Source of the DNA: Haliotis rufescens
Taxonomy: Eukaryota
DNA: 64,000 bases
Direction of reading: 5' to 3'
Assembly (NCBI RefSeq): GCF_023055435.1
Contig: NW_025963890.1
Coordinates: 43,648,001-43,712,000 of the forward strand
Below the pieces are notes generated by a model, which was not told where the DNA came from, searched no databases, and worked only from the letters and a program-made list of their open reading frames with translations. This document shows positions 63,890 to 64,000 of this stretch, piece after piece. How positions within the stretch are numbered: the stretch's first letter is position 1; each line of letters starts with the position of its first letter. The position numbers and the translations under genes are program-made.

Positions 63890-64000
63890 ATTAAGATTCG
63901 GGTTAGAATAGGTCTTCAGCAACCCATGCTTGTCGTGAGAGGCAACTGACGGGATCGGGTTGTCAGGCTCACTGTCTTGGTTGATGCATGACATCGACTC
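63890..64000 (+). mobile_element. SINE-like family D, cut by the window end
   Basis: AGAATAGGTCTTCAGCAACCCATGCTTGTCG match. Confidence 0.8.

Overview
AT-rich animal genomic DNA with spliceosomal introns and a 162-N assembly gap. The SINE content and gene types suggest a mollusc, which is an inference. Two divergently oriented multi-exon receptor genes can be assembled by hand. (1) Minus strand, about 10.4-20.8 kb, about 695-710 aa: a type-I membrane protein with signal peptide, one large exon of EGF-like repeats, a TM helix, a CED-1-like NPLY motif and a single protein-tyrosine-phosphatase domain. It keeps HCSAGVGRTG but reads WPA instead of WPD and MVHT instead of MVQT, so it may be a natural substrate-trap or pseudophosphatase. 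It also uses a GC-AG intron. (2) Plus strand, 34.05 kb to beyond the window end: signal peptide, EGF, two galactose-binding/F-type-lectin-like domains and at least 11 phase-1 EGF exons, expanded by a triplicated multi-exon cassette. The rest is repeat-rich: four SINE families with TSDs and a shared 3' tail, decayed L1/Tx1, Tc1, Penelope-like and Gypsy fragments, a foldback element and two 27-bp minisatellite arrays, one bracketed by inverted repeats. Two Penelope-type minimal hammerhead-ribozyme-like motifs are also present. Most ORF-track entries, including the 1000-aa ones, are repeat artefacts.
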